A DNA stretch of 64,000 nucleotides. Source: a virus. Position 1 is the stretch's first letter. Each line of letters starts with the position of its first letter. The stretch covers positions 125,818 through 189,817 of the IMG/VR virus record IMGVR_UViG_3300045988_052724. The stretch is one strand, 5' to 3'. Below are positions 10,966 to 21,730 of this stretch, in pieces. Both the position numbers and the translations under genes were made by a program. A model generated the notes under the pieces. That model searched no databases, was not told the DNA's origin, and saw nothing but the letters and a program-made list of their open reading frames with translations.

Positions 10966-12160
10966 AAGGTCTTATTTTAAAATTTACTGGGAATGAATAT
11001 CTGGTTAGAGAGTAGAATAGATTCCTACTCTTACTCTCAAAGTAATAGGATTTATTATTGTATACAAGGTTAACTCTAGAACACTTACTATAGCCAACTA
11101 TATCTACAATATGAATGTACTTGTTATAAAATCTTGAAATATTAGATTTCTTCCCATCCCAATTAGAGAATCTCAAACCTGTATCTCTTTGAATCTTCCT
11201 TAGTAGATTCTTAGAATTACAAAACTTTAGCCAACCAAAATATGATTGCATTCTCCTTCTTAATTCTTGTTTATCAATCTTGCCTGATTGATACCTTCTA
11301 ATAAGCTTGAATAATCTAATCTTAATTGACTTCCTTAATAATACATGGGTATGATAGAACCTATAACCTACAAAGTCTACACCTCTATCATCTACTGGGA
11401 ATATTTGGTAATTTGATTTTAACCTTAAATTTAGAACCTCCTTTAAGTACATCTTAATTGCTATAAGTATGTTTCTCAAGAAGTTCTTATCACTGCTGAG
11501 AATTACAATATCATCAGCATACCTGAAATAGAATTTACACTTTAACTCCTCCTTGACCCAATGGTCAAAGTAAGCTAAATATAGATTAGCAAAGAACTGA
11601 GATAAGTAATTACCTATAGGAACCCCATCGGCTGAATAGATAATCCCAATAAGTAATGTTAGAAGATATTTGTCCTTTATCTTCTTTTTAATTATATCAC
11701 ATAATATATCGTGGTTTACAGATGGGTAAAACTTCCTAACATCCATCTTCAAACAATATATAGTTTCTTCTGGATGTTCAATTAATGCAGTCTTTAAGTC
11801 ATGAGCTACATTATGAATACCTCTATTCTTAATACAAGAGTAAGTCTGCTTAATAAATATTTTAGTCCAAATAGGTTCCATCACGTTCATTATAGCGTGA
11901 TGTGTTATTCTATCTGGATAGTATGGTAGTCTAAATATCAACCTTTCTTTAGGTTCATATACTTTAAAGGTACTATATTCAGAGGTTTCATATACCAAGT
12001 CCCTTAGCTGCTCAGATAACCTCTCATTCTCATTTTGTCTATTTCTATCGTGCTTAACGATTCCCCATCTAATTGATTTATTCTTTCTAGCCTTATCATC
12101 AGCTATTTCGATATTCTCTATATCATAAACCTGTTCATGTAAATAACCTATACGTTTCAA
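10904..12160 (-). CDS. DGR-type reverse transcriptase, 418 aa
   Basis: YADDIVILS catalytic motif. IGNYLSQFFANLYL carries the SQ motif characteristic of DGR RTs. Lies 145 nt downstream of the template repeat. Confidence 0.9.
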   Translation of the reverse strand: MKRIGYLHEQVYDIENIEIADDKARKNKSIRWGIVKHDRNRQNENERLSEQLRDLVYETSEYSTFKVYEPKERLIFRLPYYPDRITHHAIMNVMEPIWTKIFIKQTYSCIKNRGIHNVAHDLKTALIEHPEETIYCLKMDVRKFYPSVNHDILCDIIKKKIKDKYLLTLLIGIIYSADGVPIGNYLSQFFANLYLAYFDHWVKEELKCKFYFRYADDIVILSSDKNFLRNILIAIKMYLKEVLNLRLKSNYQIFPVDDRGVDFVGYRFYHTHVLLRKSIKIRLFKLIRRYQSGKIDKQELRRRMQSYFGWLKFCNSKNLLRKIQRDTGLRFSNWDGKKSNISRFYNKYIHIVDIVGYSKCSRVNLVYNNKSYYFESKSRNLFYSLTRYSFPVNFKIRPYVRTKKNRNGCAARLNREIR

Positions 12161-12305
12161 GTCTTATATATTTATTATGGAAGCGTTCGAGACTTAACCT
12201 ACTAACACCCAGTTATTAAATACTACGTTGTCTTTTGCCAAGAGGCAAGGGTACTATTTAGACTGTAAAATGAAACCAAATTACCTAAATAAAGAAATAT
12301 ATAAT

Positions 12306-12408
12306 AAGCCTACATTGGAATTGACATTGCTGACTCCATTGTTAGAATTGAAGTTACTAAGACTGGCATTACTACCATTATTAGCGTTGCTGCTAACGAT
12401 GAGTGTTT
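12306..12408 (-). repeat. DGR template repeat (TR)
   Basis: 103 nt, aligning with 12516-12618 at a constant offset of 210 nt. All 18 mismatches fall at TR adenines on the coding strand. Read in the VR frame the TR is AAY/AGY-rich (AGC AGC AAC GCT AAT AAT GGT AGT AAT ...). Confidence 0.9.
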
Positions 12409-12487
12409 GTAGTAATTTGAATTAATCAGCACCAACAGAAGTGTAGGTAAATAGCACCCCTAATCTCGTATTTTATCTGTTTATGTA

Positions 12488-14428
12488 TTATTGAGTTATT
12501 CTGTTTAATGTTCTGAAGCCCACATTGGAACCGACATTGCCGACCCCATTGTTAGAATGGAAGTGACTAAGACCGGCATCACCACCATTAGAAGCGCCGC
12601 CGCCAACGATGAGAGTTCTTAAAGATGTACTAGCAGCATTGCACCAATGATAGTCACACATATAAGTAGTAGCTGAACCACCGACTACTGAAGGTATAAT
12701 TTCACCCTTACTTCCAAGGTCAAAATCCTTTGTATATCCATCAGACACTATTTCTTTACCTGCAACAGTCATTTTACCTTTAGCAGTATTATCATCTCCA
12801 AATGCACTCGGATTAGATGTAGTATACACACTACTTGGTTGATTAGCTGCTGTTCTTTCTAAGATAATACCATCTAGGTTTGTCCAAATGTCTCCGAATG
12901 GATTGTCAAATCCCCTCCACCTTGGAACTTTAAATGTCTTAGTGGGGACTGTTGCAGATTCATTCACTATGGTCTCTGGAATAACTAACTCCTTAATTCC
13001 AGTGAAGTTACCAATATCATTACAATATCCGCATGGTGTTATTGGATAAGTCCCATTATATCCAGACCACCCATTAGCATTGTTGTTCCAATCAGTAATT
13101 CCGGGACCAAGTCCTCCTTGATGATAACCATCAGCTGTTAACTCAGCGTTATAAGTAGCTTGTGAATTAAATGTTGCATATTCAATAACCCAAGCCCAGT
13201 AGAATATCCACTTGTAATATTCATAGCATAGCATTTCTGAACCAGCATTAGTGGCATAAGTTCTCATGTTTGCTCTTGAAATATTAGTTCTTGGTTTACC
13301 TAAGTCACTTCTAAATTTATCAGATGATAGATATGTATCGTTAGCTGTTCTATTACCACCACCTCTAAATTGAGCTGTAGTGTTAACTACTGATACAGCC
13401 TTATTACCAGTCTGGTTCACCGTACTCCTATAGGCATCTAACAGCATTTCTGGAATCTCTACCCATGTATCATCACATTTAACTGTAGAAATTCTAACCC
13501 ATCTCTTATTACCTTCAACTCCAGACTTACCATAGAATTTGGGAATGTGTACTCTTACAGTACCATCAGTCCCATCAAGGACAGAAGGGGTTCCATCAGC
13601 TTTCTTAGACCAATCGTTAGGGTCTAAATAATAATTAACTTTAGCACCATTAGCTACACAACCCTTATATTGAGATTGCACTGGTAATGACTTATGTAGC
13701 AATGGATTACCAATTCTAGTTAATGTGGGGTCTGCTACTGTAGAATCCCATTCAACTCCATAGGAGTAAATATCTTCCAATCCAGTTAAATCAATACCAG
13801 GCTCTACATCTTTCCATTCTCCAGTACCATCGCCACTGTTGACTAACACCTGCCCTACTGTACCACCAGCAGGTAGATGTTTATTTCCAGCTGTAGTTGG
13901 ATGGGTATAGTTATTAGCATTGGCAGCAATACCTTGCAATTTATTCTTCTCACTTGTTGTATAATCATTGGTAGATAATTGCTTACCATCAACCTTATCA
14001 ACCTTTAGAGCAAGTGCACTAGTAGTTCTACCTTCTACTCCTTCAATTGCTTCATTAACCTCGGCCTTAGTATAATAATCTTTTAAGTTTACGTCTACGT
14101 GTTTATTTCCTAAGAACTCCCAGCCAGTCTTTTGTTCTGTAATAAGATAAATATATTCATCATATACATCATTTGTTCTTGAGCTTTCGTTAGGAATTAG
14201 GTAGATTTTATTTACATCTCCCTTTGCAGGTAATTCAGTAACAACTACTGTCTTACCGCCAGCATTATTAATTGCTTCTATAACCCATGCCTCTGTTGCT
14301 AACCCTTCTTTGATTTTAGAAATAGTAGCTGACTTATTACTTCCGTTCTGTACTATAGGAACTAACTCATCTCCAGCAAGGGTGTTAGTAGCATCCATTT
14401 GAGATATTTTTACTCCTGTTGCTGCCAT
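12488..14428 (-). CDS. DGR target: tail fiber / receptor-binding protein with a variable C-terminal (C-type-lectin-like) domain, 646 aa
   Basis: Contains the VR. The N-terminus carries the fiber repeat KVDKVDGKQLSTNDYTTSEKNKLQ. The C-terminus is Gly/Asn-rich and ends in FRTL, as in DGR variable proteins. Confidence 0.85.
   Translation of the reverse strand: MAATGVKISQMDATNTLAGDELVPIVQNGSNKSATISKIKEGLATEAWVIEAINNAGGKTVVVTELPAKGDVNKIYLIPNESSRTNDVYDEYIYLITEQKTGWEFLGNKHVDVNLKDYYTKAEVNEAIEGVEGRTTSALALKVDKVDGKQLSTNDYTTSEKNKLQGIAANANNYTHPTTAGNKHLPAGGTVGQVLVNSGDGTGEWKDVEPGIDLTGLEDIYSYGVEWDSTVADPTLTRIGNPLLHKSLPVQSQYKGCVANGAKVNYYLDPNDWSKKADGTPSVLDGTDGTVRVHIPKFYGKSGVEGNKRWVRISTVKCDDTWVEIPEMLLDAYRSTVNQTGNKAVSVVNTTAQFRGGGNRTANDTYLSSDKFRSDLGKPRTNISRANMRTYATNAGSEMLCYEYYKWIFYWAWVIEYATFNSQATYNAELTADGYHQGGLGPGITDWNNNANGWSGYNGTYPITPCGYCNDIGNFTGIKELVIPETIVNESATVPTKTFKVPRWRGFDNPFGDIWTNLDGIILERTAANQPSSVYTTSNPSAFGDDNTAKGKMTVAGKEIVSDGYTKDFDLGSKGEIIPSVVGGSATTYMCDYHWCNAASTSLRTLIVGGGASNGGDAGLSHFHSNNGVGNVGSNVGFRTLNRITQ
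12516..12618 (-). repeat. DGR variable repeat (VR) at the 3' end of the target gene
   Basis: Encodes ...LIVGGGASNGGDAGLSHFHSNNGVGNVGSNVGF, ending about 25 nt before the stop of the 646-aa ORF. Confidence 0.9.
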
Positions 14429-14625
14429 GTTTCACTATTTAATATTTCATTTAATTCTACACTGTCGTATGGGTAGAATATAATCTCTTCATCATTATTA
14501 ATAACTGGTTTAATGAAATCTTCATGTAGAATTACTTCTGAGCTATCTAAGCTCCTTCTTGCGTGGATGGGAGGAACAATCCCATGTTCCATACACCATT
14601 CTATTGTTACTATAACGTATCTCAT
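14410..14625 (-). CDS. Hypothetical protein, 71 aa
   Basis: ORF track, overlapping starts and stops with neighbours. Confidence 0.4.
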   Translation of the reverse strand: MRYVIVTIEWCMEHGIVPPIHARRSLDSSEVILHEDFIKPVINNDEEIIFYPYDSVELNEILNSETWQQQE

Positions 14626-16160
14626 TGTGTTATTATATTTTTAAGTACATAATCAATCAAATCCTGTTCGGTGAATCCGTCAGTTTCCTTGGTAGGAACT
14701 GAATCGAATAAGATAGATTTATAAAACGCCATAGAGCCAAATCTAGTCTTATTGTTGCTATCCGACAAGAATAATGACATATTTGTACCAGTTTGTCCAT
14801 AAGTACCTGCTAGAGTTGCCTTCTCTTCACCTACATAGCAAGTCATTAATTCATTATTTGCCGAGAGAACATAACTGATTTTATCCTCTACACTAGGCGT
14901 AAACTTAAAGTCTGTATAAACGTAGTTACCGAACTTTACAGAATTTGCACTTCGTCCTTGCAATAACATCCATCCTCGATTACTTGTCGCTATTGAAGTT
15001 GTCGAGAACATACCTTTAAGAGCGGTAGGTCTTATGATAGCACATTGGAAGAACATCATGTAATTTTGCAGTGATTTAAAGTTCTCCACAACACCGTAAT
15101 CATCCGCTCCATCAGTTACTAGTGAGTTGGGATATTTAGGCAGGAACTCTATTGTTACGTCCATATCTCCTATATCCCCTGTAACTCCTATGGCGTTATA
15201 CAATGAAGTGGTTCCTTCGGGATAGGTTAATGTCACCTCATGTTCTCCGTTGTCAAAAGTATAAAATCCGCCATTTCTGTTTACCAAACTAACTTGTCTG
15301 CCATCAGAAAGACCTGTAACCTTAAACTTATGCGTTGGGTTAGAGTTTGCCGGAACTATGTTTACCATGTTATCCGTAGTGGATAGTTTTTTAGTAATAT
15401 GAATAATTCTGTTATCTGTAACAGTAACATTTGCTCTATCGGGTAGAATATTGGTGCTAGAAATGTCATACCCTCCCACACCGCTCATTGCAGCGAACAG
15501 GAAATTGTTAAGTTTCAATCGTCTGTTGTTTCCACTGAAATCCTGCAAATAAGGATTAGCTTTTAGTATTTCGTTTGTGGGAACGGATTGTCCTGACGGG
15601 AGCTGGGTAATGGTGATATTACAAGCACCGACTATGTTTATACTCCTAAAACCTATATTTCCTGTTACACTATTAATAGGTTCTAGTGTATAAGTTCCAT
15701 TTTTAGGCATCCTTACCAATGGATCGTTATTATATCCCCATGCTATTTCTTGACCGTCCAATAATCCATCTACCGTAATCGTTATGCCATTAAACTTTTT
15801 AGATTTGGCGATATATATAGACGCATTATTTACGGCATCAAAATTTGTTATATTGACGCTCTTATTTGTCACGGTATATTTTGCTCCTGTGAATTTCGTC
15901 CAATCATTAAAGTTTTCCGCATAAACATCCACAGGCTTTGACATATCATACCAAAACACCATGTGTTCTTTCACCCAGGTAGCGATTTCATCTTCTGTAA
16001 CATATTTATCTAATAATATATGCTTACCTCTTTCAGTAAGTACAGCGATTTCATCTTCTGTAATTATATAGTAATCGTTAGGCCCAATTGGTTGCCCTCC
16101 GCCATCACCAATCTGCCTAACTCTACCTATATAATTACCAATACCTACAAATATTCCCAT
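14622..16160 (-). CDS. Hypothetical tail-associated protein, 512 aa (C-terminal lectin/LamG-like impression)
   Basis: ORF track. Lies between portal and fiber genes. The domain call is weak. Confidence 0.4.
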   Translation of the reverse strand: MGIFVGIGNYIGRVRQIGDGGGQPIGPNDYYIITEDEIAVLTERGKHILLDKYVTEDEIATWVKEHMVFWYDMSKPVDVYAENFNDWTKFTGAKYTVTNKSVNITNFDAVNNASIYIAKSKKFNGITITVDGLLDGQEIAWGYNNDPLVRMPKNGTYTLEPINSVTGNIGFRSINIVGACNITITQLPSGQSVPTNEILKANPYLQDFSGNNRRLKLNNFLFAAMSGVGGYDISSTNILPDRANVTVTDNRIIHITKKLSTTDNMVNIVPANSNPTHKFKVTGLSDGRQVSLVNRNGGFYTFDNGEHEVTLTYPEGTTSLYNAIGVTGDIGDMDVTIEFLPKYPNSLVTDGADDYGVVENFKSLQNYMMFFQCAIIRPTALKGMFSTTSIATSNRGWMLLQGRSANSVKFGNYVYTDFKFTPSVEDKISYVLSANNELMTCYVGEEKATLAGTYGQTGTNMSLFLSDSNNKTRFGSMAFYKSILFDSVPTKETDGFTEQDLIDYVLKNIITQ

Positions 16161-16161
16161 A

Positions 16162-16425
16162 TTAATTACCTACTTGTAATGTATTCTCAGGTACGGCCTT
16201 AATCCCTATAACTAACTCAGGGTTCCATCCAGGATAGAACACGGTAGATATATACTGACCCTCTGCATCTTTTAATAACACCTCTACAGTTACATTATCT
16301 TCAGTAATATTCTTAACAAGAACTGCATTACTTCCATAAGGCAACTCAAAGTTACCTGCGGGCAGTAGAGATAATCTACTTACTTGTAGGGAGGTTGGTC
16401 TTTCATTCTGATTGAGATTTATCAT
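16162..16425 (-). CDS. Hypothetical protein, 87 aa
   Basis: ORF track. Confidence 0.4.
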   Translation of the reverse strand: MINLNQNERPTSLQVSRLSLLPAGNFELPYGSNAVLVKNITEDNVTVEVLLKDAEGQYISTVFYPGWNPELVIGIKAVPENTLQVGN

Positions 16426-16427
16426 TT

Positions 16428-18650
16428 CTATGCGTTTTTAACTTCGTTATTCATTTGGTTACCATCGAATAATTGAGCATATTCAATGTCTGTTCTCTTA
16501 GTATCGTTCTCAGCATCACTCTGAGATTTGTCTCTTTGAGTCCTAGCATTATACCAGTTAATATCAGCCTCATTCTGAACCTTCTGTCTCTCAATGTCCA
16601 ACTTAGCCTCATTAAGACTTTCAATCTTGCCTTGAGCTTGTTGTAGTTGTTGTTGTAACTTCTGATTCTCTTGCTGTAATTGTTCAAGCTGTTGTTGCAT
16701 TTGACCTACCTCATTCATCTCCTTCTTCTTCTTAGCAAAGGCTTTGGTAACCTTAGCCTTAAGTTCAGTAAGACTTCTAGCAGTTAAAGCATCAACAATC
16801 ATATCTGGGTCTAATTGACCACTCTTTATAAGCTCAATAATGATTTGCTGAACATTCTGCATCTCCTTCATAATCTGAGTACTCGGCACAATATGCACAT
16901 CGTAATCAGTATGAGTAAAATGCTCTGGTAGTGCGGTAAATACTTTCTGTAGTTTATCTCCAAGAATTAGAGTTCCAGTTAATCCTTTCTTCCACACTAT
17001 CTTAGCTATATCAAGACAATCTCTAAGAATGTCTATTGATAATGTATCCATAGTCTGATAGAATGGTTTAGTAATAGTATATGAGTTTCTAGCTCCAGCC
17101 TCTACATTACTAACTGCATCCTTTTGCTGAATACCATTAAGTCTTTCTCTAAATACACCAGTGATAGATGATGTTTGGTCTTCCACTCTTTGTAGTGCTA
17201 AATCAAAGGCTTGAATAGTCTGCACTTTAATAGTATCAGTAAATCCAGCAAATGAAGTATTGTTATTAAATGCCCTACCTTCCTGACTGGTATCTACTAA
17301 AGCTACTCCAGTCTTTTTAAATGCAATCCATTTCTGTATTCTTTCAGTAAGGTCATCACCTAATATTGTTGGAAGCATAGATAAGTCTAGCCAATCACCA
17401 TCAGTACCACTATTAGCTAAGATATTATCTCTAAAGTAAGTAATTAAGTCATACTTATCCTGTAGGTGAGCACATTGTAATACTAAAGACTGTGGAACAT
17501 TGTCTCTATTAACCAGATATATACCATTAACAGATAATCCACACTTAGTAGGGGCATCCTTAGTTCTAATTACATTCTCTGATTTACCAGTAAGAACATA
17601 TATAGACTGTCCTATCCTAACTCCCTCGTACCTATTCTGAACGTATTCATTACCTTCTTTGTCTATGTCAATCCATTCTGTTTCATAAACAGGTAATAGC
17701 TTATAGTTAAATGACTCATAAGTATCAGCAGGAAATCCTGGGACAATACCTTTACCTGCATCTAATCCAGCACCCTCACCTTCCATAATAGGTCTACATC
17801 CTACTTGGTTCTCCATAGCTCTAATATACATATAGGAACTATCAGAGTAATGCTCATACATATCTTCTAATTCAGCTCTACTCTCATCATTTAGGTCTTT
17901 ACCATACTCAATAAGAATTTGCTGTTTAGTCATCCATTTCCTAATTACGACCCTATAACTATCCTTTACATAAGGAGATTCAGGGTTCCTATCAACAAAT
18001 GTATTTAAGGGATTAAGAACATCAATACTAATATTAGTTCCACTAGCTGATGGTTTAACCTTATAGAATGAGCATCCAGTAACAAGTAAGTCTAATAGTA
18101 ATGCCTTTAGCTTATTAGCCAAGTCAGTGTTCCTTGATTGAATTACGTACTCAATAACATTCTGGGCAGCTATTTCGTAGTCACTAATAAAGTTATTATT
18201 AATATCCTCAATTAGCTTCTCTATGTCGGCCTCAACTGAAGCATCACTAACATTACCTCCTCCTATAAAGGCTAGAATCTGATTGTTCAAATGCCTCTGT
18301 AAGAATGTATAGACTTGCTGGCTTATTTCTAACTCCTTCTGCCTAGTAATCTTGGAGATTGTTTCCTTATCTTTACAAGATACCTTTGGAAGAATTGGAA
18401 TGTCTAAATACTCTCCAATTAAAGCATCAACGTGTTTCTTTATAAGGGGAGTGAACTCAATAGAAGTAGGATTACCTATTCCAAAGTTTTCTTCAAGATA
18501 CCTAAATTGTTCGGCGTCTCTCTTACCGTTATAATAGTTGTATGCCTTCTGTAACTTCCATTTGTTGAAGACTAACTCATTTACAGCTTTGTCAATCTTC
18601 TCTATCAAATAATCATCACTTCTTTGCTTTGCACTCATCTTCGTAATCAT
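16428..18650 (-). CDS. Portal protein, 740 aa, with a Gln-rich coiled-coil C-terminus
   Basis: Size and position immediately downstream of the large terminase. Long QQLEQLQQENQKLQQQLQQ coiled-coil tail. Confidence 0.6.
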   Translation of the reverse strand: MITKMSAKQRSDDYLIEKIDKAVNELVFNKWKLQKAYNYYNGKRDAEQFRYLEENFGIGNPTSIEFTPLIKKHVDALIGEYLDIPILPKVSCKDKETISKITRQKELEISQQVYTFLQRHLNNQILAFIGGGNVSDASVEADIEKLIEDINNNFISDYEIAAQNVIEYVIQSRNTDLANKLKALLLDLLVTGCSFYKVKPSASGTNISIDVLNPLNTFVDRNPESPYVKDSYRVVIRKWMTKQQILIEYGKDLNDESRAELEDMYEHYSDSSYMYIRAMENQVGCRPIMEGEGAGLDAGKGIVPGFPADTYESFNYKLLPVYETEWIDIDKEGNEYVQNRYEGVRIGQSIYVLTGKSENVIRTKDAPTKCGLSVNGIYLVNRDNVPQSLVLQCAHLQDKYDLITYFRDNILANSGTDGDWLDLSMLPTILGDDLTERIQKWIAFKKTGVALVDTSQEGRAFNNNTSFAGFTDTIKVQTIQAFDLALQRVEDQTSSITGVFRERLNGIQQKDAVSNVEAGARNSYTITKPFYQTMDTLSIDILRDCLDIAKIVWKKGLTGTLILGDKLQKVFTALPEHFTHTDYDVHIVPSTQIMKEMQNVQQIIIELIKSGQLDPDMIVDALTARSLTELKAKVTKAFAKKKKEMNEVGQMQQQLEQLQQENQKLQQQLQQAQGKIESLNEAKLDIERQKVQNEADINWYNARTQRDKSQSDAENDTKRTDIEYAQLFDGNQMNNEVKNA

Positions 18651-18930
18651 ATAATTGTATAGCAGTGAAGTACTTAGTTCTCACTAAGCTTCTCTCCCTT
18701 AATTCTTTCTCAATAAACTTTATAAACTCCTCAGCCGTACCATCACATGCAATGGACAATGGCTTCTCATCTTTATTAAGTCCAAGGTCCATTCTGTATC
18801 CCACGTGCTCAGATTCTTCGCCTGGAAATTTATAAGTGGTTTCATAAACCTTTAGGACTCCTTGATATTCTACGCAATATAAAGATTTAATTAAATCTCG
18901 GATTGCTTGTTCGATGTCCTGTGTCGTCAT
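18616..18930 (-). CDS. Hypothetical protein, 104 aa
   Basis: ORF track, between terminase and portal. Confidence 0.4.
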   Translation of the reverse strand: MTTQDIEQAIRDLIKSLYCVEYQGVLKVYETTYKFPGEESEHVGYRMDLGLNKDEKPLSIACDGTAEEFIKFIEKELRERSLVRTKYFTAIQLYDYEDECKAKK

Positions 18931-21136
18931 AATATTGTGTAGGGAATAAGTTAAACTTAGGTACTATAGACTGTTTGTCTGGAATAACTCCTTTATGTTT
19001 TATGCCATATTCATCAGTCCAGTAGCCAAATAGCTTCAACTTCCTACCCCCATTATCAGCTTCCTGTGGTGGAATACCACTTAACTCCTCATCTCCTAAT
19101 TCAGCCATACCCATTGCTGCTACAATATCGAACTTTCTTTTATTCTCATATGAATAAGTGATAAGCTCGTTAATCATTGGTTCAAACCACATATTGTGAC
19201 AATAGTCATTGATGTAGCAATCAATAAGGTCTAACTGATGTTGAATAACTGCTTCAGTTGCAGGAGCACCAAACTGTTTACTCCTACCACCCTGTATATC
19301 AGATTGAGTAGCTCTTGGTCTTCTCATTAAGAATCTCTCTTCCTTATGCTTAGTTCTAAACCATGTTAAGATACTAATACGGGTAGATTCCAAACAAGCT
19401 TTACAGTTATAGTATTCTAATATCTTTAGGGTAGTTCTATATGCCTCTTCAAGGTTGTTAGGTCTGTCTTTATAGACACAAACATACATTGGCTCTTGTA
19501 AACCAAAGCATCTCTTTTTAACTACTACACAGAAGTCTGATGGGTCCCTTGTATTATCTGATGTATCATTCATACCCATATCAATACCGTCAATACCAGC
19601 TACATATAGGTTTCTAAAGTCTACACCATTCTCGCTCTTAATAGGATGTTCAATAATGCAAACTTTACCTTTATCACTAGGGATAAACCTCACTCCATTC
19701 TTAGCTTCTTCAGAATGTACATTGTTTTGAAATATATATTCTAGTTGTCCCCATTTAGGTTTTAACTCCGGAGGAGTAACTTTGTGTAATTTAATTGCAG
19801 CTAACTGTTCTGTTAGTAATACAGTATTAAACTGGTTATCACCTTCCAAAGCTAATGCTTCATCAGGAGTGAAGCAATACTCAGCAGAGTATAACATTAA
19901 TCCTTTGGGGTCAGCTATCTTGGTAGCCCTCTTAGCCATGTAGAACTCCTTACCCTTCTCTGGGTCTGTCCATCCTCTGTGGTCTACATATCCTGGAGCA
20001 GTAACAATAGTATATGCGGGAATGAAATATGCAGTCTCTACATAAGTACCTTCCTTAGTATAGTTATGTTTATAGGGAAGAACATCATATCCTCTAGGGT
20101 CATGGAATGCAGCAGCCACACCCTCCAATGCAGGACCACTATCACCACCTGTACCCCAAGCTAGTTTAATGCCGAATCTCTGTCCTTGAATATCAATCAA
20201 AGCATCACCCTGAATGAAAGCTTTCTTCCAATTGGGCCATGAACCGCTTTCTTCATACATCAAAATATCAGTACGGTCACCTCTAATCTTATTAGGCTTA
20301 TCAGCTGTAATACCTTCAATTTCTGACATCCATCCAGATTCTACACCATCTACATTCTTACTAGAAGCTCTCTTCCATTTAGCTGTATTGTGAACCTGCC
20401 TTAGTTTTCTCATACCATCTTCTGTATTATCATCTAAGTATGATAATTGCATCCAGCACTTACTAAGGGTATCGTCAACATAACCTTCTTGTTGTGCAGC
20501 TACTACTCCTCTAAAGTGTGGCCTTGTTATATAACCATTAATAAGGATAGCGGCAGCTATTTCTGAGAATCCAACACCTCTGGCTTTTAATCCAATGGCA
20601 TTCTTTCTCAATACTTTACATAATTCTATGTAATGGAAGTACTCATATTGTTTTACAAAGAAATTTGGGAAGTCTACTGAACGACCACCACCAGCTTTAG
20701 TAGCAGAAGATAGATTAGGTAACTGGTAGTAATTTATAAAATAATAATTATCACCAGTAATAGTATAACCATTAACAGTCATACCATTTCTACATCTATC
20801 ATATTCTTGGTCCCAGAACTCACCATAAGCCTTACCAAACATTGGTTCATTACAGTACTTACCAGTAGCAGCCTTAGTTCGTCTAGCTTCCATAAACCAT
20901 TCTGGGTCAAAGTCTAATCCTCTCGTACCATCAATGGGTCTATAGCCAGTAAGTTCATAAGATAGATTAGAGTCAAAATAGTCTACTGGGTCCCCAATTT
21001 TAACATCCCATTCAAATTCTGTAGGCTTCTGTTCTAGTACTCCAGTATTCTCCCCTACCTCAGTAATCTTTTCAACTAAGGCTTGGACGGTAGGGGATTC
21101 TGGTAATTTATTCTTAGGTTTCCTTCCACGTGCCAT
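18887..21136 (-). CDS. terL: Terminase large subunit, 749 aa
   Basis: ATPase-like segment GLKARGVGFSEIAAA. C-terminal nuclease-like segment VAGIDGIDMG...DPSDFCVV. Size and context fit. Confidence 0.8.
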   Translation of the reverse strand: MARGRKPKNKLPESPTVQALVEKITEVGENTGVLEQKPTEFEWDVKIGDPVDYFDSNLSYELTGYRPIDGTRGLDFDPEWFMEARRTKAATGKYCNEPMFGKAYGEFWDQEYDRCRNGMTVNGYTITGDNYYFINYYQLPNLSSATKAGGGRSVDFPNFFVKQYEYFHYIELCKVLRKNAIGLKARGVGFSEIAAAILINGYITRPHFRGVVAAQQEGYVDDTLSKCWMQLSYLDDNTEDGMRKLRQVHNTAKWKRASSKNVDGVESGWMSEIEGITADKPNKIRGDRTDILMYEESGSWPNWKKAFIQGDALIDIQGQRFGIKLAWGTGGDSGPALEGVAAAFHDPRGYDVLPYKHNYTKEGTYVETAYFIPAYTIVTAPGYVDHRGWTDPEKGKEFYMAKRATKIADPKGLMLYSAEYCFTPDEALALEGDNQFNTVLLTEQLAAIKLHKVTPPELKPKWGQLEYIFQNNVHSEEAKNGVRFIPSDKGKVCIIEHPIKSENGVDFRNLYVAGIDGIDMGMNDTSDNTRDPSDFCVVVKKRCFGLQEPMYVCVYKDRPNNLEEAYRTTLKILEYYNCKACLESTRISILTWFRTKHKEERFLMRRPRATQSDIQGGRSKQFGAPATEAVIQHQLDLIDCYINDYCHNMWFEPMINELITYSYENKRKFDIVAAMGMAELGDEELSGIPPQEADNGGRKLKLFGYWTDEYGIKHKGVIPDKQSIVPKFNLFPTQYYDDTGHRTSNPRFN

Positions 21137-21137
21137 A

Positions 21138-21725
21138 TTACTTCAGTTTTGGTACATATCCCTCAACAGCACCAGCACGAAGACCTGTAGCAGCTTTCTG
21201 TTTCTTCTTAATACGGGCTTCTAAGGCATCTAATTCGTCTAATACCTTAGATATAGATGACATTTCACCAATAACATCTTTAGCCTTAAAGATTGGCTTG
21301 CCAGTGATTGGGTCTCTTTCTTGTAAATCTGAACCTTCATTGAAATAATCAATTAGTTCATCTACCTTATTCTGAGCTGCCCTTATTAACTTAATGTCTC
21401 TTGCTGATTCTTGTATCTCTCTATATTTCCTACATGCAGCTCTAAACAGAGGGTCATTAAACTCCTCTTCTGTAATACCACTATCCTGTTTAGCAGCCTC
21501 ATTACGTTCTGCTTCAGTAAATTGTGAATAGTGTGATTGCCAGTCAATCATTAGATACATATAGGTAAACTCTTTAAATGCTCTTAGCTTTTTAATACCC
21601 TTTGGGTCTTCCTTACTGATATTTCTATCATTAGTCCATAACTCAGCAAACTCCTTAATAAGGAGAATCTCTGGCTCGTTTAATCGCAATTCATGATTTA
21701 CATTATCATATAGAAATATTGTCAT
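21138..21725 (-). CDS. Hypothetical protein, 195 aa; possible small terminase subunit by position only
   Basis: Immediately upstream of terL; helical and charged. Confidence 0.3.
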   Translation of the reverse strand: MTIFLYDNVNHELRLNEPEILLIKEFAELWTNDRNISKEDPKGIKKLRAFKEFTYMYLMIDWQSHYSQFTEAERNEAAKQDSGITEEEFNDPLFRAACRKYREIQESARDIKLIRAAQNKVDELIDYFNEGSDLQERDPITGKPIFKAKDVIGEMSSISKVLDELDALEARIKKKQKAATGLRAGAVEGYVPKLK

Positions 21726-21730
21726 AATAA

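Noticed and set aside
12228-12425. 65-aa plus-strand ORF (Leu-rich).
   Set aside because: It is simply the antisense reading of the DGR template repeat, so it is not coding.
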